DNA from: Octopus bimaculoides
Lineage: Eukaryota
DNA length: 43,902 nt
Direction of reading: 5' to 3'
Assembly: GCF_001194135.2 (NCBI RefSeq)
Contig: NC_068993.1
Span: forward strand, 8,952,299 to 8,996,200
In this document: piece by piece, positions 33,085-43,488 of the stretch
Numbering within the stretch: the first letter of the stretch is position 1
Layout: every line of letters starts with the position of its first letter
Translations under genes and position numbers: made by a program
Notes under the pieces: model-generated
What the model was told of the DNA's origin: nothing
Databases searched by the model: none
What the model saw: the letters and a program-made list of their open reading frames with translations, nothing else

Positions 33085-36000
33085 NNNNNNNNNNNNNNNN
33101 NNNNNNNNNNNNNNNNNNNNNNNNNNNNNNNNNNTATATATATACAGTTTATATATATATATATATATATATATCGACTTTAAATAGAGCTCAAAACTGA
33201 TCCATTGAAAATACTTTATTATAATAATAATAATGAAAATGACCTATGAACATTTCGATGCAATATCCAGAACAATTCATACATATTATAAAATATTATA
33301 AAATATGGGATACCACATCTCATCGGGGCCTTATTATTATTATTATTATTATTATTATTAGTAATATGCAGACAATAAAAATATATATATATTCTTGTAT
33401 ATATTTGGTCATTTCTGTCATGTGTATTGTCTCTCTCTCTCTCTTGTAATTAATGAGACCAACAAAAATTGTTGAACTTCCAGTTCTTTATATGCTTGTC
33501 AGATATGTCACAAGACGTGTGTGTGTGTACGTGTATGTACTGGAAAAAGATTAATGTTTCTGTGTCTGTAATAGATCTTTGTTGTTCCCACCATTCCAAA
33601 GTTTTCATGTGAAATGTTTCATTTATAAAATAGAAAATATTTCTTTCTATGACAGTGAAAAGAAACCAAAGACTGATGCTGTAAAATCAGATGCCCCAGA
33701 AGAAGAGTAAGTGCCATGTATGGTCCCATACAGTTTCCCTATTACTGCAGTGTTGTCCTAGTTGTATATATGGTCAGTGGAGTCCCCACCAACCACTGCA
33801 GTGTGATCTATACAGTTCCCATGTATGAAATTGTATAGTATTTTCGACGAATACGGTGTTGTTTTCATCATTCCGTATATGGTGAATTTAGTTGTCATAG
33901 TTACATTTATAATCACTACAGCTCACCTGTCATTGTAATGTTGTCGTAGTCACATGTGTGATCAGAACAGTTCACCTTCCACTGTAGAAAAGTAGTAGCT
34001 CCATATTTCTCACTCCTACATAAACCATTCCAATGCTGCTGTCCCAAATTTCTGGTCATTTCATCACAACCCTTCTCCGTAGTGTTTGGCTTTGAAGTCA
34101 TTTTATCGTTCAATGCTTTTCTCTACAGTTCTACCTTTTGAACATCATTTTCTTAAGTCATTTATCCAAACAGATTATTGTCTTATTTCACTGCTTTATT
34201 TTATTATTTTTTTTTTTTTAATGGAGGAAGGGTTAATTTTTTCTATATAGTCATAGTTGTCTTTCTTTATTAGAATTTAAAAAAACTCATCTTTTTTTTT
34301 TTTTTTTTGCATTGATTAGGTTATATCGATTGTGTTTCTCATCATTTCTATCTTTTTCTTTTTTTTTCTTTTCACTAATGACCTTAATTATATCAAAAGC
34401 TAGAATCAATTGTTTATTCAGCTGTCATTTCTTTACAAACTCAGCAGATATATTGAAAGACATGTTATGTATGTGTATGTATTGAGAAAAAAAAAACAAA
34501 ATCTAAAAAGTGAATGTTTCCATGTTTGTTTGTGATAGATCTTTGTTGTTTACATTTGAAATGAATGCTTTGTTTATAAAATAGAAAATATTTCTTTCTA
34601 TAACAGTGAAAAGAAACCCAACGCTGATGGTGTAAAATCAGACGCCCCAGAAGAAGAGTAAGTGCCATGTATGGTCCCATACAGTTTTCCCTATCACTGC
34701 AGTGTTGTGGTAGTTCTGCATCTGTATATGCTCGATGCAGTTCACCTACCATTGCAGTGATGTTATCGTAGGTTCTCTATGTGGTCAGTACAGTTTCTAT
34801 ACCACTTCAGTGTTGTCGGTAACTTCTATGGTCAATGTTGTGTCTCTTCTTTTTATACCACTCATTCTAATGCTGTTCTCTCATATTTTTCTGGTCATTC
34901 CATTGCAACCCTTCTCTGCAGTGTGTGACTTTTTACATAAAGTTACTTTATCAACTACTATTTTTCTCCACTATTCTTACTTTTAGTGCCAATTTCTAAA
35001 GTCACTTTCATACAATGTAACAATGTAGAGATATTGTCTTAGTGGTTTAGTTGTACATTTTTTTTTCTTTGATTGGGAATGGGGGAGAATTTTACTATAG
35101 TTTCCTCTTTAGTCAACCATGCTTTACTAATCTAATTTTTAAAGAACTGTGTCTATATTGTATATATTTGGTTATTCCATGATTTCTGTCTTAGCTCTAT
35201 CTTTCCAAAGTGACCTACTCTTAGGCATCAAAAACTGGGCTCAATTATTCAACTTTCATAAGTTTTGCTTTTGAAATCTTTTCTTGATTGTAAAATAGAA
35301 ATAGTTATTTCTCATGATTGTGGAAAAGAAGCACAAAGACTGCTACAGTAAAATCAGAAGCCTCAGGTGAAGAATGAGTTCTGTATATGGTCAATACAAT
35401 TCACCTACCTCTGCAGTATTGTTACATCTATACGTATGGCTAATACAGTTTACCTACAACAGTAGTGATGTTGTTAGTCCATTAACCACTGCAGTGTTGT
35501 CATGGATATGAGTATTTTCAGTATAGTTACTAAAAAGGTACAATGTTCTCTTAGCTAATATATAGTTAATACAATTTCTTAATCTCTGCAGTAGTTTAAA
35601 TTACTGCAACTCTTTCTCTATAATATACATGTTTTTTTATATATGTGGTCACTTCTATTGTGTTACTTCTATCTTTTACTAATTACCAATTCTTATACAT
35701 CAAAAAGCTGGAATCAATTGTTCAACATCCAATTTCCTTTACATCCTTGACAATTATCTCGGTAGGCATGAATTATTAATTTTTTTTTTTTTTTCTGCTT
35801 CCATATTTGTTTGTACTAGATCTTTGTTCCTGCCACTTTTTCCAATGTTTTGTTTGTAATGCGAAATATTTCTTTCTATGACAGTGAAAAGAAACCAACG
35901 ACTGGTGATGTAAAAACAGATGACCCAGCAGATGAGTGAGTAAACCTTGTCCCAAAAAAAAAAAAAAAAAAACAAAATAGAATGAAATCGGAACTTCCAT

Positions 36001-38691
36001 CATCAAATATTCTTAATGGCAACTTTATTGCAGTTGATGCTACGCTACCTTCGTGAATTTATTCTCCTTCTCAACAGATTAATGATCTTATATATATATA
36101 ACATCAGATTTTAAGATCATTAATTCATATGGAAGCAATTATTATTTGATTTGATTTTATTTATTTTTTAATATAGAAGTACAAGACAGACCGAAGTCAA
36201 AGAATATACTTTGCTGGATTGTGTGTACATTTGTTGTTCATTTAAGCTTTTCATAGTACCTGAACTAATTGCTCAGTCTAGGAACCTTTATATAAGGCCA
36301 TATATAATAGTACCCACTTATTCTGTACACCTGAAATTTCTGCGTTGTAATAGTGTGTATAAGGTTGATAACTAAAGTGTGTCTAGTGGTCAGAGAATGT
36401 GGCACTAATAGTCCAAGGTATGCTGTGGACTGCCTGTTGTGTGTGAGAGAGAGCTTTTGTCTCTGTGCAGGCTGGTGTGCATGTACACTCATATATGTAT
36501 ATATATACACACACAAACACAAACACGTCTGGTGTTAGTCTTAGTGGTTTTGAAAACAAATTATCGTTTTTACGTCTGCTATTTTCCATGCTAGCATGGG
36601 TTAGAAGAGTACGCTTCAGCACAGCGTCTCACCCCCTTACGCTATAAAATTTCATTTTGGTTTTGAATTCTAGCTTTTGCTGATTGAAAGACTGTTGACT
36701 GTTGTTGTCAGACCACTTTTGGTTGCAACAAGATTTACCATTTTGCATGCTTCCATGGCATTGTTTACTTTTCTGCCAAATTCTGTGTGTAGTTTTCGCT
36801 CCTGCATTCTTTCTTTCACCCATTTTTATTTTTGTTTTTTGTTTTTACTAATTTTTCAGATTTCTAAAATTTTATTTTGGTTAGCATTATTATTGTGTTA
36901 CATTGCATTTCATTAACAATTTAATCTTTGTTCTTGTACTTCTCTATCTATCTATATATGTATATGTGTGAAAATATATATATATATATATATATTCTCA
37001 CAACAATTATCTTGCATGTAGTTCTTATTGAATGTGTAAGTTGTCACGTCATAGTGTGTGTTTGTGTATGTATATATGGGTATGCATGTGTGTGTACACT
37101 TATGTCTACACATGCTTGTGTGTGTGTGTGTGTGTATAGATATTATAATGTTTATATACATACACATGATCCAGCAGGGAATTTTGATAGTTTTGAATTT
37201 TCAAATGCTGTCAGGGAGTGTGCAAACGAAATACTGAAGAATATTACGGCTATTAGGAAGGCTGCAAAGAATTGTTGTTATTCTGCATCAAGACGTGTCT
37301 CTACACTGTGTAATTCAGATAATAATGTGCAAAGAATATTGCATTTTGAATTAAATTCTCTTATTCATAGAAGTATAAATTATACAAAAAAAAATTGAAT
37401 CCATATGATAGAGGAAAGCCAGAAAAAGTTTGCGGAAATTATTTCTCATGAGCAGTAAAGTGCCTTTCTAGCTGTTAGGTAGCATAAATGGGCAAAATAT
37501 ATGCTACTAGTGGCACAGCAGTCCACAGTAGCTTTATGAGTGTTGCCTTCACTGTGAATGAATGTGTAACAATGTGGTGCTGTGACGTAAACATTAGTGT
37601 GAAAGACTGGTGTCTCTTTGAAGAGGGCAGACACATTGTGACTGAATTCTCATCATTGTGTGATTATGTTGTGTCAAATTGTGCCAGCTTCTTTTCCCCA
37701 AAATTGAATAGATTTGGCATTAATGTTGTTGTTGGCACTCCGTCGCTTACGACGTCGAAGGTTCCAGTTGATCCGATCAACAGAACAGCCTGCTCGTGAA
37801 ATTAACATGCAAGTGGCTGAGCACTCCACAGACACGTGTACCCTTAACGTAGTTCTCGGGGATATTCAGCGTGACACAGTGTGACAAGGCTTACCCTTTG
37901 AACTACAGGCACAACAGAAACAGGAAGTAAGAGTGAGAGAAAGTTGTGGTGGAAGAGTACAGCAGGGTTCGCCACCATCCCCTGCCGGAGCCTCGTGGAG
38001 CTTTAGGTGTTTTCGCCCAATAAACACTCACAATGCCCGGTCTGGGAATCGAAACCACGATCCTATAACCGCGAGTCCGCTGCCCTAACCACTGGGCCAT
38101 TGTGCCTCCACTGTGGCATTAATACACAAGATGAAGCACACAGCCATGCAGCAAGAGCTTCTATGGACATTAGAATTGAAGAAATGTTTTTCAACCATGT
38201 CATGTCACAGTGCGATGACACGTAGCCTGCCTGCTCAGTTGTCTGATACTTCCGTTTCTGATGAGCTGCCACAAAAGGAAAATGCTCAATATTCCTCACA
38301 TATCAGACAAATTGAAAGCTGCTATTTTGGGGGCAAAACCTCATTACATGACACAATAAATACCTGGCTACAGTGTATGCTTGCAGAAGAATGGGTAAAC
38401 GTTTGGTTGGCAATATTCTAAAGACTAAATCCTGCGCAAAATCTGCCTTGCCTTTCTTCCTTTCGGGGTCATCAATATAATCAACCAATCCTTTCCCTTT
38501 AAATTGATGGCCCAGTGCCAAAATTTGAAGCAATTTTAAGGACTAATGAACAGTTACTTAGGTGTTATTTATGTGCTTGTAAATGGCACCCATTATTTTG
38601 TACATTCAGACAATAAAGTTGATAATATCTTCTATTTATTTACTACCATTTATAGGTTGTCAGATTTCTATGCTGGACCCTGTGTGTGTTT

Positions 38692-38739
<48 letters not shown>

Positions 38740-41700
38740 GAGTGTGTGTGTAAAATGTAAATTATAAGCTGTTTGTCAACTAGTTTCTATTAGAAAATAT
38801 GAGATTTATTTATAATTTATTCAATTTTCATTATTACGTTCCGAGTTCATATTCCTGCTGGGCTCAACTTTGCTTTAAGTGATCGTTCCCTCCCTCTGAT
38901 GTTAGTAGTATCATCATTATCATAGCAGTGGAGATGTGGAGGCTGTAGACAGTAGTTCTAGTTTGGCTGTGTCTAATTCAGAACTCTACTGCTCTTAAGT
39001 TTGACTTTTGTCTCTTCAGCACAATGTGAAATAAGTAGCAGTAATATACTGAGGTAGGACGATTGATATAAAGCTAATTTGTCTCACAAAATAATGTTGG
39101 CCTTGTGCCTAGTCAAAAGAATCAATTCTCTGTCACTTATTCTATTAGGTGAAAATCTTGAATATTAATTACAAATCAAAGAATTGTTGTTGCTGTTTAG
39201 TCTCAAATCAGCTTTGGTTGAACAGGCCTGTGGTCAAAACCTGGAACAGTCTTAACCATCCTGGGTCTATTTTTTTCCAGGAATATTGTACACTGATCCA
39301 CTTTATCCAGTGGTGGTAAGGAATGGATTATGGGATATGTTTGGCTGCTATGTGTAGTGGGGTCAAGCAACCATGCAGAATCTTCCTCATTGGCTTGCAA
39401 ATTCAGGAATGATTCTACCTGGATTTGATGACTTTATTACACAAGACACCTGAAAGGACAAATTGATCACCTTCACTGGTTTTAATGCCAGTTTTAAAAC
39501 TGACTTCATAGTATCATACGTTTGCACCTTTAACTTCCTTTTTTTTTTTTATACCATGCTAGCATATGTTGGGCAAAGGCATTTTGTAGGCACATCGTTT
39601 TAAAGCTGAACACTTTCCCTGTTGCTAACCCTTGGCTATTTTACAAGTAAAGGATTTACACAGCTTCAAGGTGATTAGTCTTACTCTTTTACTTGTTTCA
39701 GTCATTTGATTGTGGCCATGCTGGAGCACCGCCTTTAGTCGAACAAATCGACCCCAGGGCTTATTCTTTGTAAGCCTAGTACTTATTCTATCAGTCTCTT
39801 TTGCTGAACCGCTAAGTTACGGGGACATAAACACACCAGCATCGGTTGTCAAGCGATGTGGGNNNNNNNNNNNNNCACAAACACACACACACACACACAC
39901 ACATACATATATACGACGGGCTTCTTTCAGTTTCCGTCTACTAAATCCACTCACTGAACCCGGAACCATGTGGTTGGTAAGCAAGCTCCTTACCACACAG
40001 CCACTTCTATGCCTATTGATTCTACTCACAATTCAGTGTTCAGCCAGGGGTTATCAAAGATACCTGCCCAGAGTGCCATGCAGTGGGACTGAACCTGAAA
40101 CCATATAATTGTGAAGTGAACTTCTTAACCGCACAACCATTCCTGTGTCTTTACCATAGCCTACCTTATTATTAGTTATAGGTTCCAGAAAAGCTATTTC
40201 GATTGCATGCTGCTCTACATGTCTATAAGCTCAATCTTATTACTGAGCCAATGTGGAAGCTTAAACTGCAAATTCTTCTAAAACTAGCAGCCAAATTTCC
40301 CCACATCTTCATCATTTAACATGTGTTCTCCATGCAGGCATGGGTTGGACGGTCTGACAGGAACTGCCTACACTCCAATTAGGTGTTTTTGGCATGGTTT
40401 CTATGGCTGGATGCCCTTCCTAATGCCAACCACTTTAGAAAGTGTACTGAGTGCTCTTTACATGGCACCAGCCCGGGTGATTTATGCATGGTACAGGTGC
40501 ATTGCACCAGTACCCACAAGCCTGCTATACAAGGACCTTTCAACTTAGAGGGGGACTTGGATTTAGGGCCCATGGCTATAAAGGGCTACCATTGTGAAAA
40601 ATTAGAAGACTGTAGTCCTATGTACACTGTGCCAGAAAGAAAAAGATGGGGTTGGTTATGGTTAGAACAGGTTTGATCATAGATTTGCTGTGAGGACTGA
40701 CCTGGACTAAACGACAACAATTTTATTGTGAGTAACAAAATTAATTTTTCTTTGGTAAAGTAAGATATGTAGTAGGCAACTGAGGGGTCCTGTATGTTGT
40801 CACTCAAACCTGCTAGAAATAGCAGCCAAGTGTCCTTCGAATCAATCCTACTTTTTTGAAGAAATTTTCCATTCTGAGATAAATGGACATGTGCATATCA
40901 CTAAGTGGGTGAGGTGCATTAATAAGTAAGAGTTAGGGCAAATGAAGAAATTATTAACATTTAGTTGAAAATATACTAAAAAAAAAACATTAACTTTGAG
41001 TTAACATTTTAATGCTCTCTGCATTAAATATGTTAACACTAATTTAACTGTTATCTTTTCATGCAGATGGCGCCTCTGAGTTTTTGTTTTTATATTCTAG
41101 AGAACTCTATTTTTCTATGCCAACCAGTGATACCTGCATTAAATATGTTAACACTAACTTAATTATTGCATATGTTGGCTGACTTTCCATAAAAATACCT
41201 TGTCAGAAATATTGCGTGTGGACTTAAGTCTTCATTATTATTTTTTTATTATTATTATTTCTGTGTTTTGTTGTCTATCAGTTTAATTGGTGTATTGATC
41301 ATAAGAAAATCTCATACCTAGGGAGTGCTGCGTTTTATTCCCTTCATTTCATTTTATTTGATTTTATTTTGCAGCCATCGTCACCGACGTACAGAACAAG
41401 AAGAAGATGAAGAATTATTGATAGAAAGCAAGAAATCAGTCAATGTTGAAATTAGATTTGAAAAATCTCCATCTTGTAAGTTTTATTGTGTTTGCTGTCT
41501 TTATATTCTAGTGCCATGTAGAAAGCACCCTGTACACTCTGTAAAGTGACTGGCGTTAGGAAGGGTCTCTAACTGTAGAAGCCTTGCCAAAACAGACAAC
41601 TGGAGCCTGGTGCAGCTCTAGCCTTGCAAACTCCTGTCAAAGCATCAATCCTGTGCCAGCATGGAAAACATGTTAAATGAGGATGAATAACGATGTGGCT

Positions 41701-43488
41701 GTGTGGTAAGAAGCTTGCTTCCCAACCACATGGTTCTAGGTTCAGTCCCAGTGCGTGGCCCCTTGTACAAGTGTCTTCTACTATAACTTCAGGTCAACCA
41801 GAGCTTTGTAAGTGGATATAAGATATAACTGAGAGAAGTCTGTCGTGTGTTTGAGTCCTTGTCTTGATATCATGCAACAGTTTAAAATAAGTTTCACTGT
41901 CATACAAGCTGTGCCCTTTGTTCCCAGTATTCCATGAAAGCGTTTCCAGCTGTAGAAAATCTGTCTCAACAAATTCCAACTGACCCATGCGAGCATGGAG
42001 AAGTAGACTTTAAATCGATGATGATGACATTGACAACAATTACGTATGACATATATATATATATATAACATTGTCTTTTTGTTTTTAGATGTTCACAATG
42101 GTGAGTTGAGAGATTATCAAATAAGAGGATTAAACTGGATGATATCACTGTATGAACATGGTATTAATGGTATTTTGGCTGATGAAATGGTAAGTTGATG
42201 GTTTTTGGCATCGGTCTGTACATTTAAACCTTTTTGATACCAAATCACCCGAGACTCCTTGTGGTTCTGTGATATGAATGTCCTGTCTTAAAGTAGTCCA
42301 AATGAAAATCTTGCATCAAAATTTCATGTTAATCTATGTTCCTGCACCACCTAGATAATGGTCATTTTACTAAATTCTTCTTTTCAAAATTAGTTCAAAG
42401 GTAGTTTTATTTCAACAAAATATGGTAACAAAAAGATATTGGAAGATGTGCACGAATTTTTAGTTAACCCTTGTTTCATGTGTTTTAGATAATTGAAAGT
42501 TTTTCCTTTCATAAGTCCCAAGTTGCTCTAGTAGTTGTAAAAAAAAAAATTGGGTGTGTGTATCATATATGGTGCCTGAATGCCAGGCAAATACATCCTG
42601 TGTATTACAAGTGAAACAAAGGGCAGGACAACCTGGCTGCAACCACCTCTGGCTCTGTAGTTCAAATGTCATGTTTTCAAAGGTTCTGAATTAAAATCTT
42701 CCTCAAAACCTTAGTCACAATTTATGTTCCTAACACTAGCTTAATGACAACTAAGTTATTTTACTAATTTCTTTGTTATATTTAAAATTAATTAAAAGAA
42801 ACACAGAGCATCTCAACAGAAATAGGGTAACAAAACGGTTAAAGTATGTGTTTGTATTTGTGTTGTAGTCTGCTATTTTATATTTTGTTTAGATTGAATA
42901 AAATTGATTGGTGTTCTGTTTTTATGAAAACCTACATGAACATTCTTAGTTATAATACTCATCATAATATATTTGTTATCATGTTTAAGACTTTTACTAG
43001 TTCCAGTCATTGATTTTATTTTGTAGGGTCTTGGAAAAACCTTACAGACTATCGCTCTGCTCGGTTACATGAAACATTATAGAAATATTCATTCACCACA
43101 TTTAGTAATTGTCCCAAAGTCAACTCTGGCAAACTGGGAAAATGAATTCCTACGTTGGGTCCCTTCCATCCGAGCTGTCTGTTTGATAGGAGACCAAAAC
43201 CAGAGAGTGAGTATACCATCTCTGTTTTTCCATCTTATTTCGAAATATATCATTAGATATCTGTTTATGCCTGTGAATTACATCATGACCTTGATCTCCA
43301 GTTTGCTCATCGTTAACTATTGTATATTCCAGGCCACTTTTATTCGTGATGTATTGATGCCCGGTGAATGGGATGTGTGTATTACATCTTACGAAATGGT
43401 TATCAGAGAGAAAGCAGTTTTCAAAAAATTTAACTGGCGCTATCTCGTGATAGACGAAGCCCACAGAATAAAAAATGAAAAATCGAAG
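23014..43488 (+). CDS. SMARCA5: ISWI/SNF2H-type chromatin remodeling ATPase, 5' part. join(23014-23073, 27023-27265, 28529-28704, 41375-41475, 42089-42189, 43027-43206, 43333-43488), 339 aa, 3'-partial
   Basis: Exons join in frame with GT-AG sites. [67 protein letters not shown] and [13 protein letters not shown] are near-identical to SNF2H/ISWI. Confidence 0.97.
23205..23520. repeat. TA/CA-rich compound microsatellite in ISWI intron 1
   Basis: Directly visible. Confidence 0.9.
24770..24910 (-). mobile_element. SINE family D
   Basis: cgaccccgaaaggatgaaaagcaaagtcgacctcggcagaatttgaa. Confidence 0.8.
25133..25217. repeat. 85-bp double-hairpin insertion flanked by 8-bp direct repeats
   Basis: 17-bp stem at 25139-25183, 22-bp perfect palindrome at 25195-25216, aaaaacac at 25125-25132 and 25218-25225. 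Confidence 0.7.
26085..26235 (-). mobile_element. SINE family D head
   Basis: aaagtcgatctcggcggaatttgaacacag...gctaacgattctgccagctc. Confidence 0.75.
26590..26945 (-). mobile_element. SINE family B spanning an assembly gap
   Basis: gccgaaccgctaagtt...; ccgtctaccaaatt...tcttaccaca. Confidence 0.75.
27023..27265 (+). CDS. SMARCA5: ISWI coding exon 2, Glu/Asp tract ([15 protein letters not shown]...AEAYEEHI)
   Basis: Poly-T tract cattgacag| and donor ATT|gtacgt; 243 nt, phase 0/0. The YEEHI end aligns with SNF2H YEEKM before QxDR. Confidence 0.9.
27490..27625 (+). mobile_element. SINE family B head
   Basis: aaccacaaggttttggattcagtcc...gccttgtgagtggatttggt. Confidence 0.7.
28529..28704 (+). 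CDS. SMARCA5: ISWI coding exon 3 ([21 protein letters not shown]...SKLVAIG)
   Basis: tgtttcag| and GA|gtaagt; ends in phase 2; strong similarity to the SNF2H N-terminal region. Confidence 0.96.
30630..30850 (+). mobile_element. SINE family D, degenerate
   Basis: gagttcaaatcctgccaaagtcgacattgcct. Confidence 0.6.
31424..31785. mobile_element. Second copy of the TTAA-type MITE, interrupted by a family C SINE
   Basis: ttaa|ccctttagtatt start; shares ggcctctcacacctaccct and agataatgcatgattaattcaaaa with the 14448 copy; resumes as acagagtaatct after the SINE. Confidence 0.6.
31551..31755 (-). mobile_element. Family C element nested in the MITE
   Basis: Near-identical to the 13579 and 43680 copies. 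Confidence 0.88.
33656..33706 (+). CDS. Candidate ISWI cassette exon copy 1 (51 nt; [17 protein letters not shown])
   Basis: ttctttctatgacag| and GA|gtaagt; phase 2/2 matches the host intron; no stop. Confidence 0.7.
34607..34657 (+). CDS. Candidate ISWI cassette exon copy 2 (51 nt; [17 protein letters not shown])
   Basis: ttctttctataacag| and GA|gtaagt; 46/51 identical to copy 1; phase 2/2. Confidence 0.7.
35321..35373 (+). pseudogene. Dead copy (pseudo-exon) of the 51-nt cassette
   Basis: Homologous sequence, but the acceptor reads gattg instead of gacag, the donor reads atgagt, and the length is 53 nt. Confidence 0.65.
35885..35935 (+). CDS. Candidate ISWI cassette exon copy 4 (51 nt; [17 protein letters not shown])
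   Basis: ttctttctatgacag| and GA|gtgagt; 44/51 identical to copy 1; phase 2/2. Confidence 0.7.
37170..38300 (+). mobile_element. Degenerate Tc1/mariner transposase relic, rosa (DD41D)-like, split by a SINE
   Basis: Fragments across frames: SRR...VQRILHFEL (HTH), NGQNICY* (NKQNCRYW-like), [31 protein letters not shown] (QDGATAHTA-like), D.T*PA.S (WP.RS-like). Many stops and frameshifts. Confidence 0.65.
37725..38113 (-). mobile_element. SINE family A, full length
   Basis: Reverse complement of the 16580 copy; 10-bp TSD tggcattaat (37715-37724, 38114-38123). Confidence 0.9.
39685..40004 (-). mobile_element. SINE family B
   Basis: Reverse complement of the consensus from tail to gtggctgtgtggtaag head. 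Confidence 0.88.
40312..40468 (-). mobile_element. Family C element
   Basis: catgggttggacgg...ggatgcccttcctaatgccaaccac. Confidence 0.8.
41375..41475 (+). CDS. SMARCA5: ISWI coding exon 4, AutoN region ([33 protein letters not shown])
   Basis: ttttgcag|C completes the GAC (Asp) codon from exon 3; donor T|gtaagt. Confidence 0.96.
41511..41685 (+). mobile_element. Family C element
   Basis: gtgccatgtagaaagcacc...ggcgttaggaaggg...gcatggaaaaca. Confidence 0.78.
41695..41850 (+). mobile_element. SINE family B head
   Basis: gtggctgtgtggtaagaagcttgcttcccaaccacatgg. Confidence 0.85.
42089..42189 (+). CDS. SMARCA5: ISWI coding exon 5 ([34 protein letters not shown])
   Basis: tttttag|AT and ATG|gtaagt; SNF2 Q-motif and start of motif I. 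Confidence 0.97.
42228..42838. mobile_element. Two degenerate copies of another TTAA-type MITE (about 42228-42432 and 42630-42838)
   Basis: Mutual similarity (aaaatctt..., tatgttcct..., ggtaacaaaa); ttaa|acctttttgatacc start and ggtaacaaaacgg|ttaa end. Confidence 0.45.
43027..43206 (+). CDS. SMARCA5: ISWI coding exon 6 ([15 protein letters not shown]...IGDQNQR)
   Basis: ttttgtag| and AGA|gtgagt; Walker A GKT and VPKSTL motif Ia. Confidence 0.97.
43333..43488 (+). CDS. SMARCA5: ISWI coding exon 7 ([22 protein letters not shown]...[13 protein letters not shown])
   Basis: attccag| and AAG|gtaatt; DEAH Walker B. Confidence 0.97.

Larger units (their letters stand above)
33530..35945 (+). repeat. 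Local tandem segmental duplication (about four units) carrying the cassette exons and flanking intron
   Basis: Shared flanks: tagatctttgtt upstream of copies 1, 2 and 4; aaatatttctttctat; gtatggtcccatacagttt; ctggtcatt..caacccttctc (34050, 34890); aaaagct.gaatcaattgtt (34395, 35702). Confidence 0.85.

Noticed and set aside
39405-39470. Possible C/D box snoRNA (tgatga...ctga) in ISWI intron 3
   Set aside because: Boxes too close together and no terminal stem.
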